From Dicyema japonicum (lineage: Eukaryota > Animalia > Dicyemida), in contig RDEW01000007.1 in NCBI GenBank assembly GCA_011109175.1, forward strand, positions 805,712-869,711: DNA of 64,000 nt, written 5' to 3'. A model generated the notes under the pieces. That model was not told where the DNA came from, made no database searches, and saw only the letters and a list, made by a program, of their open reading frames with translations. A program made the position numbers and the translations under genes. Positions 25,194 through 38,228 of this stretch are shown here, piece after piece; the stretch's first letter is position 1, and every line of letters begins with the position of its first letter.

Positions 25194-27523
25194 ATGGATT
25201 TTAGCACAATTGGAATTTTCAAAATTTCAACTCTTTTTGTCCTACTTTTTTTTCGAAGTAACAATTTTTTAATTATATAAAGATTCAAAACAAAATGAGA
25301 TCTATAATTACAACAATCACGCATATTATCTTTCTTCTGAGAAATTAACAAATGGAAACTACATTGAAACCAGATGTACTGGTAATTGGTACCCTATTGA
25401 CATAACTGATGAAAAAGAAAATACTGTAATCGGAAGTATCGTTACCAAGATTGATATTTTATAGGCACCCTTAGATATGATCACATTATTGGAATAAAGA
25501 TTGAATTTTATGATATATATCCTAAATGGAAAAGTTTACATACTAATAAAGAATTGGTAACATTGAGTTTAATAAAACAAGACATACACAAATTGGAAAC
25601 ATTACCCTGGATATTGGGACGAATACGCAAAAATAGAGGCTGTTAGCAGCAAATGGTATTCGATACTCTGGTCTGATGGATATTACATTTGTGAGCAAGG
25701 TATCTGGTGAAATTGACTTTTAGATGCAATTTCTGCAAATGGAATAAATATAACTGCAAAAAAACTAATAAACGGTAAATTGTAGTTACACATAAATAGT
25801 ACAACCAGACTATGTCTTTACTTATCGTAGCCATACATATTACATATATCGGGCAACTCGTGACTATGGTACGGTGAGAAGAATATGCCACAATGATCAC
25901 AATGGGTATTTGTTTATTCCTAATGATGGAGAAGAAAATTGTGCATTTCACGGTAATTTGGTGTGATTCTTTGTAGAGTATTTATTGGATGACAGTTATG
26001 TCGGAATAACTAATAATAAGTATACTTTTACGACTGAAAAACAATACGTCGCTGTTTTTAGTTGACGTTTAAATTTTAGAGATATTTACCGTGGAGTGAT
26101 AATAACCCTACTTCTCGAGAATGTGTTGTGAGGTCGAAATTGAACGGAGAATTTCAGAGTTCAGATTGCAACGGAATCATGTCATACTTTGTATGTGAGA
26201 CTGACGAGATTTATGATAAACCAAAATATGTTTTTTGCAATTCGACATACAGAAAATGTATATTCCACATGAAATGTAGATTATTTTTCACAAGTTTTTA
26301 CATTCAATCACTCAACGTATTATATTTTTGACGTTGACGTTCTGTACGCAGAAGCTAAAGACATTTGTGATTATAGAGAAGCAATCATTTATGTGCCTAG
26401 AAATTCCATGGAAAATTGTATTTTTTCTGGTAAAAATGAATATTAATAAAAGAAAATGTCGATTATTCAATTCAGCTTAACTTTGGGGAATACTTTGTGA
26501 AAAGGATCTTATCTCCAAATGATTTTATTTATTCAGTTAATTTTAATATTACTCTAAGAATTACACAAACTGGGCTGATGGATACCCAATTGAAAGTGAT
26601 AATAAAAAATGTGTCTACCAAAACTTTAAGAGTGGGAGATGGACTAATGATGAATGTTACCCTTCAAAATTTGCATGCATTAAAAAGGCAAACAAAGGTT
26701 CATGTTGATTTATTTGCAGATGTACAGATGAATGCAATATCAGACTGCAAAAATCATAAATACTGTTTATTAATTTTTATCAATTTATTAGTTAAGCATG
26801 AATTTAGAAGAAATATAAATATTGGCAGATATGGTTTTTACATATATGGCATGCCAATGACTTTTTATGAAGCTCATCATCTTTGTAGTCAACAAAATAA
26901 AACTTTAATTACTCCCATCTCTTCGACTATTGTTAATTCTATTCTAAATGGTACTTGGTATCCAAATTTAGAAATTTTGTTTAAGGGAATTTTTATTAAT
27001 CACCGTTTAATGTGGAATGATACAACACTTATTTGGAATGATGGTGCTACTCCTGTTTATGATGTATGTTATATATTTAGATGACTCCAAATTGGGGTGT
27101 TGATCAGCCAAGTCATATTGATGAAAAACTCGCGTGTATTGTGATTTTAATGAACGGAACTTGGAAAACCGAATACTGTAATAAATACAACATCCCTGTT
27201 TGTTATACAACCAATGAATCATACCAAACTACCAGTCAACCTACGACCAACGACACAAATTCATTTCAGTCAAGTAAATTAATTTATTGTTATTATTTCA
27301 GAAAGTAGAATCAACAAAACTGCTATCGGAGTTGGGTTATTTTTTGGAATACTAGCAGTCCTCGGTGTTTCTCTTGCTCTTTATATTCGATACAGGTCAA
27401 TCTTATCACTTTCTTTTAGAGGAAAATTCCCTTCATTTAAACCCTTTGAATCTTTCGGAAGCTTTAAAATGAGTTTCTACTAATTATAATTTTGTAGAGA
27501 GGAGATCATTCTCGGTACATTAA
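25194..27523 (+). CDS. Type I membrane protein with several C-type lectin-like domains
   Basis: Signal-like MDFSTIGIFKISTLFVLLFF; CTLD-like blocks (HTYYIYRATRDYGTVRRIC, NGEFQSSDCNGIMSYFVCE, MTFYEAHHLCSQQNKTL..WNDG..NWGVDQP..C..NGTWKTEYC..PVC); Thr-rich stalk; TM AIGVGLFFGILAVLGVSLALYI; many ~24-25 nt introns. Confidence 0.75.
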
Positions 27524-27659
27524 CATTACTAATTTTACTTATTCTCTAACAAATTATATATTTCGATAACTAACAAATAAACCAGTCTTTCAATTTATAA
27601 TATTTCCTAATTTCAAAAAAGGAGTTTTATTTTTACGGAAAACACAATTAAATCAAAAT

Positions 27660-28330
27660 TACTAGTCTCTTCTAGACCTTTCTCCTCTTAGAAGAAGAGT
27701 CGTTGACCTGAAACCCATCCGTTTCCTCCTCACCCGGGTTATCTGGAACGTCATTGAACTGATTTGCTACTTACACCAGGTGATTGTTTGCTGTAACAAA
27801 ATCTTCCTCGATAGTGCGCACCCCAAATTTATACTCCACCAACATGCTCTCCAACGTCTTCTTGAGAATAACGGATTGAATGCATGTTCTAGTTGATACA
27901 TCGATTGCGATAGCTCCAAGTGAGATTTATAAGCTCTCGAAACGATACCGTCCCACATTAGAACAATAAGTATGACTTTGACTGGAGAACCATACAGTAA
28001 GTCGAGCTCAGTCTCTTTGACTTCTCGATGTCGTAAAGTCTGCACAAGTGCAAATGCATGTATCTAACCACTTCATCATGCTTCTAATGTAGTCTCTGTT
28101 AAGCATCCTATTGCAGCGTGTAGCCATATGATCCACCGACATTTCGACTTCTTACAATAATTACATAATGAATCTTTATCCGCAAAAACAGATTCTGTCT
28201 TGAAGAAGACAATACAAAGCCTCTGATCTCGGACTATTTTGACTAACCACTGAGTGGATCTCCTGATAATATCCATTAGGGAATTCTGTTGATAGTCCGT
28301 GATAGCTTAAGGCTTATTTGGTTGAGGTCT
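27660..28330 (-). mobile_element. R4/Dong-like non-LTR retrotransposon 3' fragment (zinc knuckle + REL endonuclease)
   Basis: CNYCKKSK..VDHMATRCNRMLNRDY knuckle, WDGIVS motif, and terminal ACTCTTCTTCTAAGAG shared with ~54356 and ~52909. Confidence 0.7.
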
Positions 28331-28649
28331 ATCTTTTACTTGAAGCAAGGAATCTTGCGATAATGGTCATATGTATTATCTTAGGTAAGGACCCTAAGGA
28401 TTCCATCCTTTCTGAGACAAATGCTGGAGTTTCTTTCCAAATTTGCCAGGAATTGGTACAACATACATTCACTTTATGAGAAATTGAAACAAATGTTCTC
28501 TCACGTTTAGCACGATTAAAATATGTTGCAGTCAATTTGTGTAATCAGTAGGGCAATTTTTTCATGGCAACTAAAATTTATAAAAATGACAGCTAAAATG
28601 GCATTCATGGCAACTAAAATTTCAAAAAAAAGGCATCTAAAAAAATAAT

Positions 28650-30280
28650 TGCAAAAAAAGAAACAAGTAAAAGTTTGGAAAAACCTTATGTCCAATCTAA
28701 ACAAGCAGAACTCCATAACAAAAATGTGGAAAAGACTTAGAAGCTTTATTAACGCTGACAACCAACACGTGAAGAAATGGAAAACAAGATCTTCCTAAAC
28801 AAACTTATGAAGTACTACTCTTCCACGAGTTTCATCCCACACAAGAAATTCGAAGGTCCATCCATTCTAGCCTTCAAACCTAAAAGAGCTACCTCATCAA
28901 TTGTCCTCTCTATGGAGAACGTGCAGAAAATAGCTAAGGGTCAAAAGTCTACTTATTCCTGCGATCCGGACGGAATCCCTGCAATAGTTCTGAAAAACAT
29001 AGGCCCCTATGCTATCATGGCCCTCACAAAAATTTTCAAATTTTTAATAAACGAAAATTGTACTCCTTCCATATGGAAGCTATCAAACATACGACCAATT
29101 CTGAAACCCGGGCGACCAAGGGATCACCAGCCTCATACAGACCAATATCTCTCCTATGTGTTACATCAAAACTTTTGAAAAAGCTGATTCTTGAACTAAT
29201 CAAACCATACCTTCCTGACGCACCTTTTCAACACGGATTCAGAAAAAGGCACTCCACAGAAACGAATCTTACATGATTACAAATTTCATCAAGGACGGAC
29301 TAAAACGCAAATCTTATCAGAAGTCATTGATATGCTCCATCGATATAAAAAGCTTTCGACACTGTCCCAAAAAAGCTTTTGATAAGGAAGATCTTTACGT
29401 CAAAAATCCCAAACAACCTGAAAATCTGGATTTCTAATTTCCTAAATAGAATAAGGAGAAGAGTGACTGCTGGAAAAACTAGGCCAGTGACCAAGTTCCT
29501 TCCAAATGGAGTCCCTCAGGATCTCTACTGTCACCACACCTGTTCAACCTATTCCTAATGATATGCCTCCCTTACAGTGACGATACTCTGGTTCTAACAT
29601 ATGCGGTGATATAACCGTCGCAGTCAAAGACCAGTGCGTTAGTATTGCTGTATACCGGATACAAGCTTCATTGGACGATCTGAACTGTTGGCTCGTTAAG
29701 AACATTCTACATACAAGTCCCGAAAAGTCTTATACAACAATTTTCACAAAAACAAAGATTGACAAACTCCGCTCCATGTGTAATTGGAAACTCAATCCCC
29801 ACGACCAACTCGGTCAAGATACTGAGCGTAACATACTCTTGACCTTCAGCAAACACATCGACATCTTCTCGGACAACGAAAGCTAAATTTTGTTAAAACA
29901 CTCCTAGGACTATACTCAAATTTGGACTCGCTCTACGTGCAGTATATTCAACCGTCTCTAACTTACGGGTGTGCTGCATGGGAACCAACTATCAAACGCG
30001 AATATGAAAAAATCAATAATTCCAAAAAATGGCCAGTAAGGCTCTGCAAAGGTTTCTTGACACCTCTATACCTTACACCTTTGAGATTAGTGAGGAAAAC
30101 CGGAGCCTTACTGCCCCCAAAAAAGTTAGAAACCCCCGCCCAATCCGGAAATGTGTTGGAACCCGAAAGAACACCGAGCAAGAATGAGATGGCTATCGAG
30201 ACGGCCGGAATCACCAGACGATGTAGTTATTTAATTTGTCGGTGATTTTTGGTTTTAATAAATAATAAATAAATAATCCT
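28650..30280 (+). mobile_element. 5'-truncated Vingi-like LINE (RT + C-terminus)
   Basis: TYSCDPDGIPAIVLK, SYRPISLLCVTSKLL, QHGFRKRHST, GVPQG; ends ETAGIT.. with stem-loop and TAATAAA tail. Same family as 1-2330. Confidence 0.85.
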
Positions 30281-30344
30281 CAAAATATTAATGAAGTGTA
30301 TTTTTCTATTATATCATTATTTTTACTGAAAGATATACTTTATT

Positions 30345-31620
30345 GACAAGCGTGCGTCATGTGGTTCGCCTTGTTTGGTGGCGTCAGATCAAGTCAAAAT
30401 TGTATCCTAAAAAAGCCATTTATCAACGACCATCCAGAGGAGTTCCCTCTGGACGGCACTTCCTACACATCCCTGCACTTTTCTGGTGGAGACTCGTCAT
30501 GTCAGATGTTAAAATGAATCCGAAACCAAAGTTTTTAAAGATACTTAGCCTGAACATTAACGGAGTTAGAAGCAAGGCATCCGAACTGAGTATATATTTG
30601 GAGAGGAATAAAATTTATATCGCCTTTTACAAGGAAGCAAGCTTTCTGGGAATTCCACTACTCTCAAATTTACCGGTTTCAATGTATTGAGAGTCGATCG
30701 ACAATCGGCTCGAGGTGGGGGACTATTGACCCTTGTCAGGAGAGGCATTATGTTCGATAGACACTCCGCCATATTCAGGAATCAGATAGAAGACGCAAAC
30801 ACAGAAGTTATTGAGATTTCGGTACATACTTTCTGAGCTATCATTATCGCTAACTTCTATGTCCCCCTCCAGGTTTCTGTGCAAAAGGGTTTTCTATGGA
30901 TTTGTCGGCCCTAGATATGATAGAAAACTTGTTGGTGTCCGGAGATTTTAATGCCAAGCACCCTTCGTGATATGAGAAACAACCACCAGACACAAGGGGA
31001 TTTCATATTTCCCAATTAGAAAATCTGTCCATTATGAACGACCCAATTAGGAATATCCGAACCCCGTATAATAGCAAGGATTCGGTTACATCACCGGATA
31101 TTACGTTATGCTGGTCCGTAAACTATGACTTACAAAGCGACCATAATCCCATTATGATCAATTGTACACCAAATGACGCGGTCAAAACACATTATTATTA
31201 ATGCTGACTGGACAGGATTCAGAATATACTTGGATTCGGCCCTATTGAATTTCCATTCGAATAATTTCAACTCAATAGAGCAGTCTACCACTTTAATAAG
31301 ATGATTTTGGAAGGGAAAAAACTATTAGTCAGAATAGGAATCTTAAAACTCACCAAGAAATTTGATGCTAGCACAATCCAACTAATAAAAGATAGGAATT
31401 GTTTCAAACGTAAAAAGCACCTAACAAAACATGATACTAACGGAATCCGTGCACTGAACATGAAGATCAACAAAAAGACAAAACTTCTCCAAAAAAACTG
31501 GGCCGAATTTCTAGTGCTATGAAAAAATAGTTCACTTACCAAGATGTGGAGGATTCTGCCAAATGTCAAAAATGCTGAAAACAATATCGAGGGAGACCGT
31601 GAACAGGAGATGGATCTGAA
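30345..31620 (+). mobile_element. 5' half of Vingi-like LINE (5' UTR + APE), truncated
   Basis: Short 5' UTR, then MSDVKMNPKPKFLKILSLNING; GGGLLTLVR, ANFYVP, GDFNAKHPS, SDHNPI; colinear with 1-900. No ORF1 upstream. Confidence 0.8.
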
Positions 31621-31629
31621 TACATTGTG

Positions 31630-34480
31630 TGAGAATAAGCCACAAACCATTCCAAACGATAGATATTGTTTCACATAAAAAACCGAAACCGAATAGGAGG
31701 CATCCAACAATATGTACGAATCAAGAAAGATACAAAACCGATGTGGCATGTCTGCGAGAGACGAAGGTGACAGTGGAACGAGATATATGCTATGTCAATT
31801 TCCGGTTAATATTTCTACCATCCGACTCCCGTCATTGGGTTTTGCTATACACATCTCACTTGTGGATCGGTTACTCAAAGTATGCAGGGTAACAGACCGA
31901 ATTGCTATTATCCAACTTAATATCGGATCACGTAATAAGAGATCGATTATGACTGTCATAAATGTGTATGCCCCCCACACAGGAAGATTATCAACTTTTA
32001 TGGATGAGCTTTGATTTTTATATGAGTTTATGGAAGTATACTCTCTACTTTGCTCGTCCACGCTAATTTTTGTTGCGGAAGACTGGAATTCAAAGGCAGG
32101 AATTAAACGCAGAGGTGAACGTTGCATTGGTAATCACGGAAGGGGATATCGAAATTCTTCTGGAAATTTTATGATCGACTTTTGTAATACCCACGATTTG
32201 TTTCTGTGCAACACGGCCTTTCAGCACGCCGCCCGACACAAGACTACCTGGGTAGGTTGTAGAACAAACAAAAATGGAGAGGAACAGAAAATATTTAATC
32301 AAATAGATTATATTTTGTGGAAGCATAAGATATTATTAGTAGACTCTCGTTCGTATGGAAGAGTGTCGGTTGAATCTTAGCAGGCTTTATGGAATGTTAC
32401 ATGCGAAAAACACAGATGATAGCGGGAGAAGAATTAGTAAATGATCATGCACTCCTCACGAGATACCATCAGCGAATGGACCATATCTATCCAATATTTC
32501 TATGGACGGCCTACCCACATCGTGTGAAAAGAATCTCTGAAGCCATAATGACGGCTGCCGAAGAAACAGTTGGGATTCGCGAAAATACTATAAAGAAGAT
32601 AAACGAGCATATAACTCGGCAGTCAATGAATTGTCTATCCGTCAACAAGATATAAGACTCAAATTGAAACTTGTGATCCTGAATGAAAATCCGAATTAAA
32701 AAAATTCGGAATACAATCCAAAACGAAATTAAGAAGAATGTGTTCCGATCATAGTCGGACTTTTTGGACCAACGAGTATTGGAAGTGGAAAGATTACATT
32801 CAGGTGCAAAAATGTTTATTACTGTGCGTTTACTCAAGCGCGGGTCAGCTAAAACCAATTTAAAAATTCAAGATGAGTTCGCTTACTCTGTATTAGACGC
32901 TAACCGATCTGCTGACTTAGAGCCCAACACTTTAGCAAGCAGTTCAATCGGAGGATACTATACCCCTCACAAAATTCGAAAGAGAGCCTAGTTTACTTAA
33001 TAATGTGTTTTCGGATTCCGAGATTCGCGGAGCACTCCTTCGCCTGAATAACAACAGAGCAGCTGATTATGACAAAAGTTGTTAAAATACGCACCAACCC
33101 AGCTAGCAGAATAGATAACTTTTATATTCAACGAGATATTCAGGACTCATTGTTCAATTGACATCGCGATGGGAGTTCTACTTCTTTTACAAAAACCTGG
33201 CAAACCTGCAGGTCCAATTGAAAATCGCAGGCAGATCGTGCTTTTGACTACTTTGCGAAAAACATTGTCGATTACAACATTGAATCGAATATCAAATTCA
33301 GTTGACCAATACTTGTCACCAAGTCAAAGCGGATTCAGACCAGGAAGATCACCGTTGATATTGTATGGAGTCAATATGTCAGAAGTACAGAAAAATAATG
33401 CATATTCTGGGAGTCGATTTATCGAAAGCATTCGACTGTGTCTGCCGTGATAAACTACTGCAAGTTTTCAAGGACATAATTGATGAGGACTGTTTGAGGA
33501 TTGTGCGTTTTTTGCTGGCTGACACGAGCCTCATAGTGAAAGTGAAGAAGGGCTATTCGGAAAAATTCACGAACGTGATTGGTACTCCGCAAGGGACTCG
33601 CTTTTGCCAGTTCTCTTTGCAATCTATTTGGAAGCCGCGTTGAGGGACGTTAGAAAAGAATTGGGTCACTTAAATAATCATTTTATGGAATTAATAGATG
33701 CTGACGACATCGATTTTGTATCTGAGGATGTAAAGGTACTAAGAACTGTAGTAGATAAAGCCACAACAGTTCTGGAGAGGTTGTCTTTGAAGATCAATTC
33801 AGAAAAAACGGAGTTAACTTCGATTCAACGGTTGCCGACACGGATTGATGAGAAATGGAAGTTTACTAAAAAGCTCGGCTCGTTTTTGGGTGATGCTGGG
33901 TACATTGCTCGCAGAAAGATGTTAGCATCGTGTGCACTGAAAAGATGTGGAGTATTTGGACTCGCAGAAAACTTATCTCCTTAAATCTTCGGATGCGCCT
34001 ATACAGCGCGTTCATACAACCAGTCCTATTATATAACTCGGGAACATGAGGAACATCAAAAAGACCTTGACAGAATAGACACATCTTATAGAAATCAATT
34101 GAGAAAAATTGCGGGAATCAAATGGCCACAGATTATCAAAAACGACACTCTACAAATTATGTAAATGCAAACCGATAAGCAGAGAAGTAACTATTTCACG
34201 CTGGCGACTTTTCGGACATGTTCTGAGAATGGACGAAGTGATTCCTTGCAATCAAATCATGGAAGATTACTTTTCAAATCACGGAATTGGATTTCGGGGT
34301 CGGCCAAGATGTACGCATCCCCTCTGCCTGAATAACGATACGCACGAATTGGCGGTCAACTAAAAACTGGAGACGATCTTGAAGATATTCGTAGACACGC
34401 GAGGGACAGAGCTAGATGGAGAGGGCTGACTGGGAGGATAGTCGAGTGTACGGCACAAGCGAAACCCTAGGCATTTTACG
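31630..34480 (+). mobile_element. Degenerate, near-complete RTE-clade LINE ORF
   Basis: DVACLRETK, VINVYAPH, EDWNSKAG, GNHGRGYRNSSG..FC..HDLFLCNTAFQH..TTW, NQIDYIL, QSGFRPGRS, GVDLSKAFDCVCR, GTPQG, DADDIDFV, RWRLFGHVLRM. Confidence 0.9.
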
Positions 34481-34725
34481 TGTTTATGGCAACCCGGGAG
34501 TGCTATTAACTACTAACTTAATTAAAAGTAAAAATTGGCATTTATGGCAACTAAAGCCAATTATGGCATTTAAAATCAAAAATGCATCTATCACTTCGTA
34601 AAGATAAATAAAATAATAATAACAGCTTTTTCACGAAAGCCATAATATTTATAGCTCTTCTTTTTTTCTTTTTCTTGTGTGGGTCTTTTCTAGACTATCC
34701 AGTTCCGCAGTGAATGTCCACTGAT

Positions 34726-34855
34726 GACGGCGTGGCAGAGTGGTTAGGTGTCACGCAAAATTGGCTTAGGCTACGGGTTCGATTCTCGCTGCTGTTCACC
34801 TGGTAGAAGGTTTCACGCATCTACGATGCTAAGAGGGCAAGTAAAGATAAAAAAA
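34726..34855 (+). mobile_element. tRNA-derived SINE-like sequence (or tRNA pseudogene with tail)
   Basis: 72-nt head with A box TGGCAGAGTGG, B box GGTTCGATTC and a 7-bp acceptor-like stem GACGGCG/TGCTGTT, but no anticodon stem; ~50-nt body and A-rich tail. Confidence 0.6.
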
Positions 34856-35189
34856 TTTTAATTAATTTTTTATATAATTTAACTCATTAATAAAAAATGA
34901 CCCTTCTTTTACAAATAGTATTTTATGGCAAAAAACGGCCCTAGTAATGAGTCAATACATGAAATGACTAAAAAATGATTCAGCCATTTCATGAATTGAC
35001 TAAATTAAATTTTTTAAATTTAAGACAATTAATTGTTCACCCATCGAGTTAATAAGGTTAAAAGCATGACACTAAAAATTTTTCTAAACGAAATAATTAT
35101 TAAAGTTTATTTAAGCAGTTTCAATTTTGTGACATCTGATATTACATTTTTTTTTTTATTAAGGAAAAATTTATTAACAATAAAATATT

Positions 35190-35345
35190 ATTTATTAACT
35201 ATGGGGGAGAGCGGCTGCTGACATCACGGAGTAAGCGTTTCCGCGAATAACTGCGATATATACCAATTCTTTGCCTCAGCCAGACCGCTTCCCCGCATAC
35301 GTCTTTCTTGCGGTGGGCCAATTTTCCCCCGAATATTACATTTAG
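35190..35345 (-). mobile_element. CRE-like C-terminal fragment
   Basis: AVWLRQRIG..IAVIRGNAYSVM. Confidence 0.65.
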
Positions 35346-35499
35346 AATTATTTTTAAAACATTTGCTTCTATTTTTGTCAATATAAATCCATTTACCCAC
35401 TGTTTTCACATGCTTCAGATCCTTTGCAATTACATCTCACGTAACCTAGCCCGATTTTCTTGTGCTTTATGACGATTATTAAATATTCCAATATTTCAC

Positions 35500-35780
35500 T
35501 TAAATCATTTTTATTCTTTATTTTTGAAAAAATCTTTGGGTAAATTTGTTGATCTTAATCCAATTCTCATATCTTCAAACAGAGCAGAATATGAGGATTG
35601 TTTTTTTAGCTGTACAATAGGATGAATTTTTTTGTGAAACTGTACAGAATTTATTCCAATAGTCCAATCCGAAGTTTTATTTTCAGACAACCATGCACAA
35701 AGCATATCTTTGATATCGCAATTTGCTCTTTCTACTGATTGGAACGAACAACACAAGAATTTGATTTTTGCTCATGAAAT
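35500..35780 (-). pseudogene. DDE integrase remnant of KRABA2/SCAND3 (Ginger-like) type
   Basis: QSVERANCDIKDMLCAW..W..GI..VQF.K....YSALF..RIGL resembles the C-terminal integrase core of this family. Confidence 0.65.
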
Positions 35781-36099
35781 GTCTAGACATTTTACGAATT
35801 GACTGATTGCACAAGTTGACTGCAACATATATAATCTTCTCTCTTGACAGCAGACTTTAAGTGTACTTGATACTCTGCTAAAATTTGCTAATAGAAAAAT
35901 TCCTTCATTTCAATGGCAATTAAGGCAGTTTAATCCACGATTTTTTGAGGTGATAATGTCAGCCTTCTATTTTAAATTTTGTAAACTGTTTACATACATA
36001 CTGAGTGACGACTGGGTGATGAGGGATTCCTGGAGAAGTTCATTCTTCCGGAAGAGAACCCATAGCGTTTCAACTTCCCTTCACGTTTGACCTTACTTA

Positions 36100-36290
36100 A
36101 TTTTAGTGTTGATAAATTTCATTCATTTATTTTAACGGGAGCCGTTGGTCCAATGACGGCTGAATTCTTGCAAGAAACTCGGAGGATTGCTTGCCAGAAA
36201 GAAAAGGGTGGCTGAGACAAAAGATTGGAATAGCCATAACCCTTCTCGTTCGCAATCCACACAGCAGGCTTCCGTTAACTGACATTTGTT
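36100..36290 (+). mobile_element. CRE-like C-terminal fragment
   Basis: TGAVGPMTAEFL..GWLRQKIGIAI. Confidence 0.55.
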
Positions 36291-36849
36291 TAATTGTTAA
36301 AAAAAAATTTTGTTTTATTTACTATTTCAAAAATATAATTTTAGAAATACTTTTTTGTGTATTTCCGAAAACACAAACCTATCTTAATGTTAAAAATAGT
36401 GATTTTTAAGATTTTTCAACCTTATTTTCCTGAAACTTTCAAATGTCGTGAAATTTCACAGGACTCCCAAGTTTAAATCTTTAAAAAAAATTACTAGTTA
36501 AAAGACAATTTTCAGATCTCTATTATCAGGTAATTGGAGTTACCCCTCATGATCGTGAACCAATATTAAATATTTAACATGAAAGTGACTCCGATACTTC
36601 GATTTCACGTCTACATTAGTTTGATGTCAAGAATGGAATTATGTCTTTGATTGCAATGGAATTGTTTATTATTTTTTAATTTCATAGAAAGTGAGAGTTT
36701 GGATGTTGCTTTTCCACGATCATAAGAGGATTTTGACGTGGAACATATTTGGTGGACTTGTGCAATATTTGGCATTTTAGTATTTTAACCTGTTTTCTAA
36801 AGGTCGAAAATTCACTTTAAAAAATGAATTTTAAGTTAAAATTTGCTGA

Positions 36850-38020
36850 TCAAATCAGGTTTTGGATTTTCTCCACTTAGAAGAGGCCTTCTGTCAACCA
36901 ACACTTTGAATAGGCTTTTGACTTGTTCTGTGCACCCGAGACTCTCTTCTAAGGAATCAGATATGTTTTGGATCCATTTATAATGAGGATATGAGTCTGT
37001 TGGACAATCAGGTATCTACGCCTATTTCACATTACCAATGAATCGTTAAGTTTACTAGAGATTATCGCTAGATTGAGGAACTCTAAGGCAAACGAAGTGT
37101 CTCCAATTCATTGGAAGTATTTGAGCTACTGCGCAATCTCCTAGCTCACGTAGATGAACAATTTGTCTGTAAACCACAATACCATCGGAAAACTGTACGA
37201 ATTGATTTACCCCCATTATCTCCGGCGCTGTTCTACTCGTTTCACACGGCATGTCAACAGACTCCCTGCTTTTATCCCATTCAGATGACCTATCGTCACA
37301 ACAGGAAACCGTTTTTCGTCTACCGAAACCTCCAAGGCCCAACTGAAGCTGGATAGTATGCACGACTGATTGATACAACAAAATCAACATATTCAATTCG
37401 GAGTGGCGACTTAAAACAATTCTTTCAGGAACCCGCAAAGAGTCTCTTACAATTTTCTGAGTAACCTAAGACAGACTGATGAACTTTACGACCCATGGAA
37501 GCACTTTCTACAAAAGGGCCTTCGTGAAGTAAAAGTTATGCGTGCACTGGTGAGGATAACTCCTTACAATTTGTTCGGATCAATCCCAAAAACTCTACAA
37601 ACAGACGTAGCACCGACTGTGGAGTATTTCTCTGCTGCATGGAGATCCTCGCTGTCAGAGTCAATCCTCCATCGAATCAAGTCACTAAATCATTCAACTC
37701 TTCGCATGATGTGGAGTACAAGCTTATGGATTGATCCTCTACCCACAGAAACTACAACCGTAGTTCAAAACTAGATTCCTCCGTATCTGTGATACGGCGG
37801 CAGCCTGCTTCGCTTACCACTGTTCCAAGCAAAAAAAAGTTCCCATTTCCAATCAATTCCTGTAGAAAGACGAGAGAAAACTCTTCCCAGCAACGGTGGG
37901 TACGATGGAGGAGCACAGAGATAAGGTGATGGTGCTGATTGTGAGAACTGAGATCACTTAACTGTTTGACTATATTTGTCTTCTTTCCCGGTGACCCTGG
38001 TGTTCTGAATAAATAATTAT
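36850..38020 (+). mobile_element. 5'-truncated, decayed Vingi-like LINE
   Basis: AFDLF, LSPALF, HSDDL, APTVEYFSAAW; ends RTEIT-stop + family 3' UTR + AATAAATAA. Confidence 0.7.
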
Positions 38021-38228
38021 ACTAAGTACAGTAGAGCTACGTCATCTGCAGTTTTCAGGTCAATTAACCACTAATCTTAAGTCACCCAAAAAACATCAAC
38101 AATCGCTCGTAGGGAATTAAATTAAATTTAAATCTGATTATTTTAAATAATTATTTATTTCTAATAAAAAAATATAAATTTGAAAAAAACAGATAACCAT
38201 AAACCGAAATAATTAAATGTTTTCTTTA

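Noticed and set aside
34721-34727. Hammerhead core CTGATGA (also near 37475, 38597, 41005, 45162)
   Set aside because: No stem II followed by GAAA and stem III at the required spacing.
34746-34761. 16-nt match AGGTGTCACGCAAAAT between the tRNA-like head and the 23758 repeat
   Set aside because: One 16-nt match is within chance expectation for a 64-kb self-comparison, and the flanks do not align.
34726-34797. Functional tRNA gene
   Set aside because: No anticodon stem-loop can form, so it is listed as SINE-like instead.
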